NCBI GenBank assembly: GCA_038867615.1
Contig: JAWBYA010000003.1
Coordinates: 160,001-224,000, forward strand
DNA from: Sulfolobales archaeon
Lineage (GTDB): Archaea > Thermoproteota > Thermoprotei_A > Sulfolobales > AG1
Length of the DNA stretch: 64,000 nt
Reading direction: 5' to 3'
The notes under the pieces were generated by a model, which worked only from the letters and a program-made list of their open reading frames with translations, was not told the origin of the DNA and made no database searches. Position numbers and translations under genes: made by a program. Position 1 is the stretch's first letter. Every line of letters starts with the position of its first letter. Of the stretch, positions 29,287-39,802 are shown in pieces.

Positions 29287-30261
29287 TTGCTAGAGCTGAA
29301 AGGCATAGTGAAGAGGTATGGCGCGTTCGAGCTAGTTATAGATAGCATTGTTTTTGAGGATAACAAATACTACATCGTGCTAGGTCCTTCGGGATCTGGG
29401 AAGACAACCATGTTGAGATTGATAGCAGGGCTCGAGGTTCCCGATATGGGCGATATAATTATGGATGGTAAGAACATAACGTTCGAGCCTCCTTGGAGGA
29501 GAAATATAGGTATAGTTTTTCAGAACTACGCCCTCTACCCTCACATGACGGCTTTTGAGAATATAGCTGTTCCCCTGAGGATTAAAAAGGTTCCTGGGGG
29601 GCTGATAAGGGATAAGGTTATCGAGATCGCTAGACTGCTTGAGATAGAGGATCAGCTTTATAAATATCCCCACCAGATGTCGGGAGGACAGCAGCAGAGA
29701 GTAGCCATAGCTAGGGCATTGGTTAAGGAACCAAGAATACTTCTCCTCGACGAACCCTTAAGCAACCTCGATGCAAGGCTCAGGATCGAGGTTAGAGGCT
29801 TTCTGAAAAAGCTGCAGAGAAGGATTAGAACCACTATAATACATGTTACACATGATCAGGAAGAAGCTCTCGCAATAGCCGACGAGATCATCCTGCTAAA
29901 CAAGGGAAGAATAGTCCAGAAAGGCTCTCCAGAGGATATATATAGAAGGCCGAGGGATATTTTCACGTTCACATTCATAGGGTTGAGTAACCTGGTACCA
30001 GCCGAGATCCTCGGCTACGAGGATAGGGGTTTAGTAGGTTTCAGACCAGAGGACGTATATATAGATGATGGGGAAAACCACGATCTCGAGGGTATCGTAG
30101 AGACCATAGAATACCTAGGATCCCACTCTATAATTACGGTAAGGATCCATGACAATATAACTATAAAGATTAGAGCGGATCTTGGGAGAAGAATATCTAT
30201 TGGAGAGAGAGTTAAATTAAGGATCGATAGGGATAGGATCCTTAGGTTCGGTAAAGACTAG
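29287..30261 (+). CDS. sugar ABC transporter ATP-binding protein (MalK-like)
   Basis: GPSGSGKTT, FQNYALYPHM, SGGQQQRVA, DEPLSNLDA and a TOBE-like C-terminus. Confidence 0.95.
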   Translation: MLELKGIVKRYGAFELVIDSIVFEDNKYYIVLGPSGSGKTTMLRLIAGLEVPDMGDIIMDGKNITFEPPWRRNIGIVFQNYALYPHMTAFENIAVPLRIKKVPGGLIRDKVIEIARLLEIEDQLYKYPHQMSGGQQQRVAIARALVKEPRILLLDEPLSNLDARLRIEVRGFLKKLQRRIRTTIIHVTHDQEEALAIADEIILLNKGRIVQKGSPEDIYRRPRDIFTFTFIGLSNLVPAEILGYEDRGLVGFRPEDVYIDDGENHDLEGIVETIEYLGSHSIITVRIHDNITIKIRADLGRRISIGERVKLRIDRDRILRFGKD

Positions 30262-30292
30262 ACCTCGGCTGTACAGCACATTGGGCAGCAAG

Positions 30293-31297
30293 CTAGCCCA
30301 GGGTTCGGGCGATATAGCCCCCACACTCTCTGGTACCAACAGCTATTCTATATATGTTTTTAGGCAACACCAGTTGGATCAGTCCATAGATTTTGAGCAC
30401 ACCTCCCCTATATAGTATTGGTGAATATGTACCCTCATATGAAATAACCTCATCTATTCTAACACTGACTCCGGAGGTTTCAAGAGTTCCAGTCACTTCA
30501 GCCCTTGCTGGGTATTGGAGGGCTTTGCACTGTCCGGCATTTATTACAAGCTTTGCTTCCACACATTTACCAAGGTTTATTGATATCTCATCCCCGTACC
30601 TTCTCGGATCCTCTGGAAATACGAAGGTTGTTTCCACCCCTTGAAAAAGGATCCTTCTATATGGGCTATACATATCCCTAGCAACCTCTAACGGGATATT
30701 GTGCAGGAGGGCAGCATTTCTAACCCATCTCTCAAGCCTGTCGCCTGATAAGGGTGTCCCGATCTCGCCTGCTTTCCAGTAGACTTCTTCAGCGTTTCTA
30801 CAGCCATACACTATAAGATCTATATCGCTTAGACCTATGGAGTGGAAAGAGCCAAGCATGCTTCCCCCTACACCGATCTCCCCGAGCCTGATTCCAGTTA
30901 GTCTCATTACACTTTCTATCAGCTCAGACGCCTTTTCCTCGAGAGGGTCTCTTGGGCTTGTATATATCTCATGACTCCTCTCCTCAGGCAGTAAGTGGTC
31001 TATGATATCTAAATAACCTATAGATGGCATTTTAGAGCCGTAAACAGGATCCCATTCTTCTCTATGATATTTGTCAAAGATCCTCTCAACATGATGTACT
31101 GAGTATCTCTCCAACACCCTTCTGAGCGGAACACCTCTTAACCTCCAGATACTGGGTTGTATTCCATACTCATCCTCGGCTGGAATGTATTTGATATAAG
31201 TGAATATTCTTCCAGGTGGATGCATAGATCCAAATACGATGTGCACATTCAAACCCTTATCAATAATAATATCATGATCTATTGGTGCTCTCCTCAA
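30293..31297 (-). CDS. predicted nucleotidyltransferase (COG1665-like)
   Basis: HPPGRIFTYIKYIP and GVGGSML...SDIDLIVYG motifs. Confidence 0.85.
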   Translation of the reverse strand: MRRAPIDHDIIIDKGLNVHIVFGSMHPPGRIFTYIKYIPAEDEYGIQPSIWRLRGVPLRRVLERYSVHHVERIFDKYHREEWDPVYGSKMPSIGYLDIIDHLLPEERSHEIYTSPRDPLEEKASELIESVMRLTGIRLGEIGVGGSMLGSFHSIGLSDIDLIVYGCRNAEEVYWKAGEIGTPLSGDRLERWVRNAALLHNIPLEVARDMYSPYRRILFQGVETTFVFPEDPRRYGDEISINLGKCVEAKLVINAGQCKALQYPARAEVTGTLETSGVSVRIDEVISYEGTYSPILYRGGVLKIYGLIQLVLPKNIYRIAVGTRECGGYIARTLG

Positions 31298-31742
31298 ACA
31301 CCACGCCCGAGTCGCAGAATATCCCAGGCCGACTTATTAACAGATGCAACGATCGTCTCAGCCAGTATTAAAGGCTAATTTTTGTTTACCCACTCAAGCT
31401 AGATCTAGCATTATAATACTCATCAAGATCTGTTGGCTGTTATAGTTCTTCAAATGTTTTTAAGGTGCGCCATATACTAACTAGGATTCCAAGACGTCGG
31501 GTTATCATATAGATCGTGAATACTAGGTTTCTCCGCAACTAAATAAGGATTCCTGATACGCAGGACGTGTGGAGTGATGTTGATATATAGCATCAAGCAA
31601 CCCGCATCTAGTGTAAACCCGTTACCAGGAAGTGCTGATACAGATTCCATTATCTATAACAGAGCTATAAGGAGATCGCATGTGTTTCTTAGCTACACGT
31701 GTGGGAGAACCTTTTCTCGGTATCGATAACAATGATTATATG

Positions 31743-32168
31743 TTAGAGATCTCTTGGAATCTCCATCATAGCTTTCTCATGAGTGTTTGGGGCAAGCCAG
31801 TCTATGAGTTCCTTAGAATCCCTAGCCTCTATGAATACGTTTATCGGTCCAAGGCTACTCTCACGATCGTCTTCAACGAATGAGAGCTTCCCGGCAAATG
31901 CTGCCTGTTTATTGATCTTGAAGGAAATGTACTCCTCGGTGCTGTTTTTCGCAATAATCCTTCTAGCGGTATCAGCTATCTTTCCTCTAACTATCATTTC
32001 TCTGAGTTTTAGAAGGGAGGATATCGATCCCGATTCTCCTACTAGAACTCTATATTCGCCTGCATCAACTACCCTGAAGTCTTCTATGTTGAAGATATTC
32101 AGAATAGCTTTTCTAACCTTCTCAAGATCTTCTGTTGGTCTTACCTCAGCCTCAACCCTAAGTCTCAT
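31743..32168 (-). CDS. DUF54 RNA-binding protein (COG1931-type)
   Basis: VRPTEDLEKV, INKQAAFAG, LGPI and IDWLAP motifs. Confidence 0.9.
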   Translation of the reverse strand: MRLRVEAEVRPTEDLEKVRKAILNIFNIEDFRVVDAGEYRVLVGESGSISSLLKLREMIVRGKIADTARRIIAKNSTEEYISFKINKQAAFAGKLSFVEDDRESSLGPINVFIEARDSKELIDWLAPNTHEKAMMEIPRDL

Positions 32169-32289
32169 ATCTATCCAAAAGTACTAGTCCTATTGCTACT
32201 TTAAATCCTACTTGCACGAGGATCCATGGGTCTTCATGCTGTAATTAGGTGGAGATGTAAAGAAACAAAACACTTCTCAACCTATACTA

Positions 32290-33399
32290 TTAGATCTTTG
32301 CTGCCTTTTCTCCCTCGTTTAACCAGCATGCAGAACGATGTTTATATCCTACCTCAAAATACAGAGGATCGCTGGTTTTGCATTTATCCATAGCATAGGG
32401 GCATCTCGGATGGAACCTGCAGCCTGGAGGTATTGAGATAGCACTCGGGATCTCGCCTATTATTGGTACTTCTTTGATTCTCCACCTACCCTTGGGATCT
32501 GGGGATGGTACAGCAGCTATGAGGGCTTGTGTGTATGGGTGTTTGGGTTTGAGAAGGATCTCGTCTGTCGGGCCATACTCAACGATCCTTCCAAGATACA
32601 TGACATTTACATAATCACATATTATGCTAGCAACAGCCAGATCGTGTGTTATAAATACATAGGTTAGGTTCCTTCTCTCCTTCAGATCTAGCATTAGCTT
32701 CAATATCTCCGCCCTTATTGATACATCGAGCATCGATACAGGCTCATCTGCAACCACTAGCCTGGGACCCAGGATTATTGCTCTAGCTATATTAACCCTC
32801 TGTCTCTGACCACCACTCAGCTGGAATGGATATCTATATAGGAACTCCTCGGGGGGTGTGAGTTTCACGTCTTCAAGGGCTTTTATAACCATTTCGAGCC
32901 TTTCCTTCTCATCTTTATAGCCGTGTATTATCAATGGCTCCTCAAGGATACCCTTGATCGTCATTCTCGGGTTAAGCGAGCCATAGGGATCCTGGAACAC
33001 TATCTGGATCTCTCTTCTAAGCATTTTAAGCGCCCTACCCTTCGCCTTAGCCATGTCGAATAACAAGCCTCCTTTGCTCTCAATATAGGGTATTCCGGCG
33101 TCTAGGAGTACTTTTGATAACTCATCCGAGGGCCTATATATTATAGATCCTTCTGTAGGTCTATATAGACCTACGATAAGCTTCCCCAATGTTGTCTTGC
33201 CACATCCAGACTCGCCTACAAGGCATGTAACCTTCCCCTTCTCGATCAATATATCAACGCCATCTACAGCCTTAACCACCCTGGTCTTTCTAGCCAGGAT
33301 CTCGCTTAGAGATCTAGCAAGCGAGAAGTACATCTTAACACCGATACCAGCCAGTATAATATCGTCTCTGCTACTAAGCTCCTCAATCTTTATACCCAT
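32290..33399 (-). CDS. oligopeptide/dipeptide ABC ATP-binding protein (OppF/DppF-like)
   Basis: GESGCGKTT, FQDPYGSLNPR, LSGGQRQR, DEPVSMLD and the C-terminal GCRFHPRC Fe-S region. Confidence 0.93.
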   Translation of the reverse strand: MGIKIEELSSRDDIILAGIGVKMYFSLARSLSEILARKTRVVKAVDGVDILIEKGKVTCLVGESGCGKTTLGKLIVGLYRPTEGSIIYRPSDELSKVLLDAGIPYIESKGGLLFDMAKAKGRALKMLRREIQIVFQDPYGSLNPRMTIKGILEEPLIIHGYKDEKERLEMVIKALEDVKLTPPEEFLYRYPFQLSGGQRQRVNIARAIILGPRLVVADEPVSMLDVSIRAEILKLMLDLKERRNLTYVFITHDLAVASIICDYVNVMYLGRIVEYGPTDEILLKPKHPYTQALIAAVPSPDPKGRWRIKEVPIIGEIPSAISIPPGCRFHPRCPYAMDKCKTSDPLYFEVGYKHRSACWLNEGEKAAKI

Positions 33400-33410
33400 C
33401 CCTATCACCC

Positions 33411-34385
33411 CTAGCTTTTAGATACCCCCTCTTTATGTAGCCAGCATGCCGATATATGTCCATCGCCAACGTCGAAATATGGCGGCTCCTCCCTCCTACA
33501 GATCTCCATAGCGAATGGACATCTCGGGTGGAATCTGCAACCCTGTGGCGGGTTCCTGAGATCTGGGGGAGATCCTGGTATCCATGCAAGCTCTTTAGAA
33601 CCCCCTATCCTTGGAATGCTCGCCATAAGGCCTTTGGTGTAGGGATGCGCCGGCTCTGTATAGATTTTCTCTGAAGGACCTAGCTCCACTATTTTTCCAG
33701 CATACATGATCGCAACTTTATCAGCTATCTCAGCTACTAAGGAGAGGTCGTGGGTTATGAGGATTATGCTCAAGCCTCTCTCTTTCCTCAGCTTCTTGAA
33801 CAGATTCAGGATCTGTGCTTGGACAACCACATCCAGCGCCGTGGTCGGCTCATCAGCTATAACAACATCTGGCTGGAGGGCTAGCGCCATGGCTATCACA
33901 GCCCTCTGCTTCATCCCACCGCTGAACTCGTGTGGATAGTTATTAACCCTCCTAGGATCTATACCGACGGATTTAAGCAGCTCCGCAGCCCTCTCCAGAG
34001 CCTCTTTCTTATCCACATCCTCGTGTGCCATTATAGCGTCTGCTATCTGATCACCTATCCTCTTAACCGGATTGAGGGCGTTGAGGGCGCTTTGGAAAAT
34101 CATGCTTATCCTCTTCCACCTGATCTCCTTCCTCACTCTCTCCTCAGGTAGCTTGAGTATATCCTCTCCACCGAGAATTATAGATCCCTCGACAATCCTG
34201 CCCGGCGGTGGGACAAGCCTTAGTAGGCTGAAACCAAGTGTTGATTTACCAGATCCTGATTCTCCAACAATTCCTAGGGCCTCTCCCTTTTCAAGGGAGA
34301 ACGAGACACCATCAACAGCTCTAACAGATCCTCTTAGTGTGAAGAAATAGGTCTTGAGGTTCCTGACCTCTAGCAGGGCTGTCAT
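33411..34385 (-). CDS. oligopeptide/dipeptide ABC ATP-binding protein (OppD/DppD-like)
   Basis: GESGSGKS, FSGGMKQR, DEPTTALD and GCRFHPRC motifs. Confidence 0.93.
   Translation of the reverse strand: MTALLEVRNLKTYFFTLRGSVRAVDGVSFSLEKGEALGIVGESGSGKSTLGFSLLRLVPPPGRIVEGSIILGGEDILKLPEERVRKEIRWKRISMIFQSALNALNPVKRIGDQIADAIMAHEDVDKKEALERAAELLKSVGIDPRRVNNYPHEFSGGMKQRAVIAMALALQPDVVIADEPTTALDVVVQAQILNLFKKLRKERGLSIILITHDLSLVAEIADKVAIMYAGKIVELGPSEKIYTEPAHPYTKGLMASIPRIGGSKELAWIPGSPPDLRNPPQGCRFHPRCPFAMEICRREEPPYFDVGDGHISACWLHKEGVSKS
33434..33544 (-). repeat. 111-bp dispersed inverted repeat, copy 1 (partner at 53168-53278)
   Basis: Manual alignment gives 104/111 identical positions with no gaps. Confidence 0.85.
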
Positions 34386-34568
34386 AGCTTATCAGCCATC
34401 CCTGGTTCTCAGTGTTAATTAAACATGCACGCTTATAACTATACACATTAACCAGGTTCTAATCAGATTCTAGAAGGAAGTACGTCTTAGGATTGGTGGA
34501 AGTGGTGGTTTTATATCCTATAGAATATCTATAGCACTGCTTATCAACCACCTAACGCCCGTAAGAAT

Positions 34569-35966
34569 GTGGATACCATGGTAGGGAAACCACCGATCCC
34601 AAGGGCTTTAACCATAGCCGGTGTCGACAGTGGTGGCGGTGCTGGGATAGCAGCGGATCTAAAGACATTCGCAGCCCTCCAGGTTCACGGACTTGTTGCT
34701 GTTACAAGCGTTACTGCTCAGAACACGCTGGGGGTTTTCGGAATCCATGATATACCTCCATCGATGGTTGAGCTACAGATCGATGTTGTTGCTGAGGATA
34801 TAGGTGTTGATGCTGCTAAGACCGGTATGCTGAGCAACCCGGGTATTGTTAGAAGTGTTGCTAGGTCTGTTAAGAAGCACGGCTTCCCACTTGTAGTGGA
34901 TCCTGTGATATTTGCTAAGAGCGGCGATAGACTGCTAGTCGAAGAAGCTGTTGAGGTTATGACTAAAGAGCTATTACCCCTAGCAAAGGTAGTTACCCCC
35001 AACAAGTTTGAGGCTGAGAGGCTCTCGGGGATAAGGATAGAGGGTCTTGGGGATGCTGAGAAGGCTGGGAAGATAATTAGGGAGAAATACGGTCCAGAGA
35101 TCGTGGTTGTTAAGGGAGGGCATCTATCAGGTGATAAGAGCATAGATATAGTGATCCATGGTTCTGGTAGTGTCACAATGCTAGAAGGACCCAGGGTTGA
35201 TGGGTGCACACACGGAACAGGATGCTCCTTCTCAGCAGCTATAGCTGCATATATAGCCAGGGGCGAGGATCTCTTGAACGCTGTTAAGAAGGCTAAGGAG
35301 TTTGTGACAATAGCTATAGAGAGAAGCTATAAAGTGGGTAAGGGTCACTGCCCAGTAAACCCAACAGCATATTTAGAGCTCGATGCAGAGAAATATAGGG
35401 CTGAGAGGCTTGTTGAGGAAGCCATAGCTATTATAGAGAAGAGAGCCGAGGATGTTGCTAAACTCATACCAGAGGTTCAGAGCAACCTCGTATACGCCCT
35501 ACCCCACTATCTAGCCAAGAGCCCCAGAGACGTTATAGCAATACCAGGGAGGATCGTGAACTACATGGGAAAGGCAAAAGCCTCAGGATCCCCGAAGCCA
35601 GGAGCTTCAAGCCATGTTGCCAGAGGAGTTCTAGCAGCTATGGAGATCTACCCAGAATATAGAGCAGCAATGAATATAAGATACATTCCTGGGCTAGAGG
35701 ATATAGCATCAAAAGCAGGCTTCAAGATCTCATGGTACGATAGAAAAGAAGAACCCGAGGATGTGAAGAGAAAAGAAGGAGCATCAATACCATGGGGCGT
35801 TAGAACAGCAATAAACAGGATAGGCTCAATGCCAGATATAATAATAGACTATGGAGATTTCGGAAAAGAGCCTGGAGCCAAGATCTTCGGCAAGGATCCT
35901 ATAGACGTGGTTAACAAGCTACTCAGACTAATAGAAGAGCTTAAGAAGAATAAAACAATAAGCTAG
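34569..35966 (+). CDS. thiD: bifunctional HMP/HMP-P kinase with ThiN domain (ThiDN)
   Basis: TIAGVDSGGGAGIAADLKT, KTGML and THGTGC motifs; C-terminal ThiN domain (LIPEVQSN, GASSHVA, GKEP). Confidence 0.95.
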   Translation: MDTMVGKPPIPRALTIAGVDSGGGAGIAADLKTFAALQVHGLVAVTSVTAQNTLGVFGIHDIPPSMVELQIDVVAEDIGVDAAKTGMLSNPGIVRSVARSVKKHGFPLVVDPVIFAKSGDRLLVEEAVEVMTKELLPLAKVVTPNKFEAERLSGIRIEGLGDAEKAGKIIREKYGPEIVVVKGGHLSGDKSIDIVIHGSGSVTMLEGPRVDGCTHGTGCSFSAAIAAYIARGEDLLNAVKKAKEFVTIAIERSYKVGKGHCPVNPTAYLELDAEKYRAERLVEEAIAIIEKRAEDVAKLIPEVQSNLVYALPHYLAKSPRDVIAIPGRIVNYMGKAKASGSPKPGASSHVARGVLAAMEIYPEYRAAMNIRYIPGLEDIASKAGFKISWYDRKEEPEDVKRKEGASIPWGVRTAINRIGSMPDIIIDYGDFGKEPGAKIFGKDPIDVVNKLLRLIEELKKNKTIS

Positions 35967-36062
35967 ATCACCACCCCATACCCTCAGATCAACCCTTAGC
36001 GAAACCATAGACAAGTCTTTCAACCCAATAACTTTATAATCCAAACCTCCAACATATTACAA

Positions 36063-36205
36063 ATCCCGACTAAATAGCACGATGAGAATATTTATTATCC
36101 CGACAACATATCGCCGACCAAGCGTGACTCTACGATCTGTCGAAATATCGACCAGAAAAAGAAATAACACAAGAACTAAACCCTAGCCAGAGGAAAACTT
36201 GTCGA
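36063..36205 (+). promoter_or_regulatory. cluster of CGAC/GTCG half-sites upstream of archaellin (ArnR-box-like)
   Basis: CCGAC three times, then GTCGA 36139, TCGAC 36148 and GTCGA 36201 within about 140 nt of A/C-rich DNA. Confidence 0.4.
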
Positions 36206-36218
36206 AGGTGCATAAGAT

Positions 36219-36899
36219 ATGGGGACAAAAGACGCAGGTAGAAAAACCCACAGACTCCCTAAGAAAGTAAAAGCCGTAGTCGGTATTGAGAGCGCTATAG
36301 TCCTCATAGCCTTTGTTGTAGTAGCAGCTGCACTAGCCTTTGTAGTACTTAATATGGGGTTCTTCACAACCCAGAGATCCAAAGAGACAATAGGATCTGG
36401 ACTAGCCCAAGCAAGCAGCTCTCTAGAGCTCGACGGTACAGTTGTTGCAAGAGTCGATATCAGTAAGAGTATTGTCGACTGCGTCATAATACCGATAAGA
36501 CTCTCCGCAGGGCAAAAGCCTGTGGATCTAACGCCGACCAAGACCAACATAGCCATCTGGGTTCTGGGGAGGTATGGATATGCAAATATATATACCAGTG
36601 AGTCACAAGCTGTGAAGACTCAGAGTGACTTTAATGTAAGCGCTCTATGCACCACTGTGATGCCCTCCACTACTGATACCGTAAATGCTTCAATCATATG
36701 GCAGAAGGGTAATAATGGAGACAACGTTCTGGATCCGGGGGAGAAAGCCTTAGTTGTGCTGGCTTTCAATGGTGGCAATGTAACACTTGGTGCATATAAC
36801 GTGTTCAAGGTTGAGATAAGGGTGCCTATAGGCGCTGCACTAACAGTAGAAAGATCTATCCCAGCATCTCTCACACAAACAGTAATAGATCTAGGGTAA
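36219..36899 (+). CDS. arlB: archaellin (archaeal flagellin)
   Basis: Class III signal peptide KKVKA|VVGIESAIVLIAFVVVAAALAFVVLNMG, plus GDNVLDPGEKA and GAALTVER motifs. Confidence 0.93.
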   Translation: MGTKDAGRKTHRLPKKVKAVVGIESAIVLIAFVVVAAALAFVVLNMGFFTTQRSKETIGSGLAQASSSLELDGTVVARVDISKSIVDCVIIPIRLSAGQKPVDLTPTKTNIAIWVLGRYGYANIYTSESQAVKTQSDFNVSALCTTVMPSTTDTVNASIIWQKGNNGDNVLDPGEKALVVLAFNGGNVTLGAYNVFKVEIRVPIGAALTVERSIPASLTQTVIDLG

Positions 36900-36918
36900 A
36901 GATCTAAAATTCGATCTC

Positions 36919-36927
36919 TTTTTTTTT
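36919..36927 (+). terminator. oligo-T terminator after archaellin
   Basis: T9 run about 20 nt downstream of the stop codon. Confidence 0.55.
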
Positions 36928-37274
36928 AATTTAAAGCTCTACTACATTAATTCTTTTCCAACAGCATTTGGGCCTAGTTATCTACGGTTTTGCTATAGAT
37001 CATAAGATCATATTTACTTAGCGGATCCGTAAGATAGTCTTAGAACCCACGTTCTTAGTCAGAATAAAAGGGAGGAGCATACTTCATCTTCACGGTTTTT
37101 CCTAAAACACTTGATCTTAAGCTCGCTGGTTTAGTATTAGTAAAGATCTCTTAAGACACTCATACTCCAAGATAACAATCAGTTTTCTTTTAGATCGTTG
37201 GGACTTATAAGAAAAATTAGGAAGAGAATCTAAATAAACCCCCAGATATATTAAGATTATAGGAAAGCCTGCGC

Positions 37275-37352
37275 GGGCCCGTCGTCTAGCCCGGTTAGGA
37301 CGCCGCCCTTACGAGGCGGAGGTCCTGGGTTCAAATCCCAGCGGGCCCACCA
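37275..37352 (+). tRNA. tRNA-Val(TAC), CCA encoded
   Basis: GGGCCCG acceptor, anticodon arm CCGCC-CT-TAC-GA-GGCGG and GGTTCAAATCC T-arm. Confidence 0.97.
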
Positions 37353-37860
37353 ATTTTTCTAGGTATTTAGATTTTCTTTACGATGTTCAACATTGAACAT
37401 GCTTCTCTTCAAGATCTCTGTATATTGCTATGTTCGCTAGACTGTTCCTCATGAATATTGTAAAGGAAGACTTACGAGTCTGAGTAATGTGGTTTTTGGA
37501 TGATCTGGTCTATATATCGACTCTGGATAGTGGCGAGGGCATTGTTCCAAATCGCCGAGAGGATGCTCTCTTAGTGGTTAGGAGCCTTACATAGACACAC
37601 CCTTAGTTAGACTCAACAGCCACCTACGACCTCATAGGGGCAGAGATCCCTGTGTTGGTGAGGCGAAAGTTCAGAAAACAAAAATATCAATGAACATCCA
37701 GGGATCAACGATTTTATTAAACCTCGCTTAGGCAGTCTCACTTCTAATTGTTAATCTGTGTGGTTTTCAATGGCTTAAGGTTCTTTAAGATATTGCCCAA
37801 TATACAGTCTGCTATTGGTCTTAATATCGGTTCAGCATTATTGGCTAGGGAACAAGAGAC

Positions 37861-38730
37861 TTGGCTGGTTTGGAGCTGTTAGCCTTATCAACGATCCTCT
37901 TCTCATTCAGTATGGGTTATCATTATGCTGGAGCTGTTGTTGGTTCTGCATATGGTGGTAGAGCTGTAAGGCTTAGGCTGGGTCTTGTAATGGCATCCGT
38001 ACTTGTTCTGATAGGAACTCTAGCTACACCGGTGTCTAGGACCTATAGTAATTTATATTCTGGGAGTTTTGATGGTTACTCCTCGATCCTATTGGGATCT
38101 TTTATAGCGACCTCCATAGCAACTTATCTAAAAATCCCCACATCTACTATACAGATATTCACATTCTCAGCCTTAGCGTCAGCGCTCGTCGGGGATGGGA
38201 GTCTGAGTATTGGGATCTTGGCAGTGCTTATGGTATCATGGGTTCTAGCACCGGTTCTCTCCTATACTATGGCTCCGCTTATCATGAGGATCACTCCTAA
38301 CAAGAAATGGCCCCTGCTATTGGTAATGGTCTTCTCAGCACTAGTCCTAGGTACTAACGACATAGGCATGGCTGCGTCTTTCCTAGGGGAAAAGGGGCTT
38401 TCTAGACACTATGCTGCAATCATGGCTGGGTTCTCAGCTTCCCTTGGGCTTGTGGTTTGGGGCTCTAGACTTGTCAAGCTCGTTGGAGACGAGCTTGGGA
38501 TCCATGGTGAGAGGAGATTCCTAGCGGCTCAGTCGACGAAGATAGCGATACTATTGATCCTCAATAGCCTTGGGCTTAACGCATCGATGAATCAAACCCT
38601 CATAGGTGCTTTAGCAGGTTTAGGAGCTCGGGGGAAGATTATTAGGAACATACTTATGGGCTGGGCGTTGAGCCCGGTGCTTGGTTTAGCTTTATCGATG
38701 CTGGTGTATCTGTTGCTCAATATATATTAG
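37861..38730 (+). CDS. PiT-family inorganic phosphate/anion transporter (short form)
   Basis: VVGSAYG, IPTSTIQ, LGTNDIG and IIRNILMGWALSP motifs. Confidence 0.75.
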   Translation: MAGLELLALSTILFSFSMGYHYAGAVVGSAYGGRAVRLRLGLVMASVLVLIGTLATPVSRTYSNLYSGSFDGYSSILLGSFIATSIATYLKIPTSTIQIFTFSALASALVGDGSLSIGILAVLMVSWVLAPVLSYTMAPLIMRITPNKKWPLLLVMVFSALVLGTNDIGMAASFLGEKGLSRHYAAIMAGFSASLGLVVWGSRLVKLVGDELGIHGERRFLAAQSTKIAILLILNSLGLNASMNQTLIGALAGLGARGKIIRNILMGWALSPVLGLALSMLVYLLLNIY

Positions 38731-38758
38731 CTAGAGGGCATTTCTATTGGTGTATGTT

Positions 38759-39523
38759 ATGTATAGCTATGTTTCGGTTGAGGTTAGGGATAGGCTTGGC
38801 TGGGTTTTTATGAATAGGCCTGATAAATACAACGCGCTCAGTACAGCAATGATCGGTGAGATCATATCCTCGATAGATTCATTGGAGAGGAGTGAGGAGG
38901 CAAAGATCCTTGTGCTTAGCGGTCGTGGGAAGGCTTTCTCAGCAGGCATAGATCTTGGAGAGCTCTCGTCGGCAAGAAACCCGGATGAGGCTGGAGCCCT
39001 ATTCCAAGCCCTTGCAAGGCTTTTCAGAAGGCTTTTAATGGTTGAGAAACCCCTCATAGTAGCTGTTAATGGAGACGCGTATGGTGGTGGTGCAGAGCTC
39101 CTCTGGGTGGGGGATGCTGTTGTTGTCTCCGAGAATGCTAGGATTTCTTGGGCTGAGGCTAGGTGGGGCCTGCTGCCACCGGTGCTCTCAACACTAGGGA
39201 TCCTATCGATAGGCCCTGTGAAGGCATCCTATCTAGCTATGAGCTCAACAGTAATAACTGCCAGGGAGGCTCTCGAGCTCGGCCTAGCTACCCATATAGC
39301 TCCTCAGGAGAAGCTTGAGGAGACTGTTATTAGTATTGCAAGATCCTTTATGGATAACTCACCCCAGGCTCTGAGAACAATAAAGAAGATCAAGAGGAGC
39401 ATACTATCAACACACCTAGTAGAGCTAGGGGTATCAGAGCTTGAGAGACTCTCAAGAAGCGGGGAAGCATTGGGAGCGGCACAAGCATTTAGGGAGAAGA
39501 GAAAGCCTAGCTATCAGTGGTGA
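38759..39523 (+). CDS. enoyl-CoA hydratase/isomerase family protein
   Basis: NRPDKYNALS, AFSAGIDL, AVNGDAYGGGAEL and EARWGLLP motifs. The ORF track starts at 38747. Confidence 0.93.
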   Translation: MYSYVSVEVRDRLGWVFMNRPDKYNALSTAMIGEIISSIDSLERSEEAKILVLSGRGKAFSAGIDLGELSSARNPDEAGALFQALARLFRRLLMVEKPLIVAVNGDAYGGGAELLWVGDAVVVSENARISWAEARWGLLPPVLSTLGILSIGPVKASYLAMSSTVITAREALELGLATHIAPQEKLEETVISIARSFMDNSPQALRTIKKIKRSILSTHLVELGVSELERLSRSGEALGAAQAFREKRKPSYQW

Positions 39524-39579
39524 TGATCCGCGGATATTTGATAAAATATAAGCCTTCTCGAATCTCTATTGGTGAAAGG

Positions 39580-39653
39580 GCCGCGGTAGCTCAGCCTGGT
39601 AGAGCGCTGCCCTGGTAAGGCAGAGGTCCCGGGTTCGAATCCCGGCCGCGGCT
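39580..39653 (+). tRNA. tRNA-Thr(GGT), no encoded CCA
   Basis: GCCGCGG acceptor, anticodon arm CTGCC-CT-GGT-AA-GGCAG and GGTTCGAATCC T-arm. Confidence 0.97.
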
Positions 39654-39802
39654 TTTATTACCCGGTTCCCTATAGATCATTGTTCCATTTATCCGTCATA
39701 TATTCTATTATTCATCGTACGCAACTAACCTTGTTATCTGAGCAATATCGCCTATGATCCTCTAATATTTGCTCTCTATCAACTGTTATTACGGCGATTC
39801 TA

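Noticed and set aside
37353-37860. Integrated element or integrase relic downstream of tRNA-Val
   Set aside because: No repeat of the tRNA 3' end and no integrase-like translation seen.
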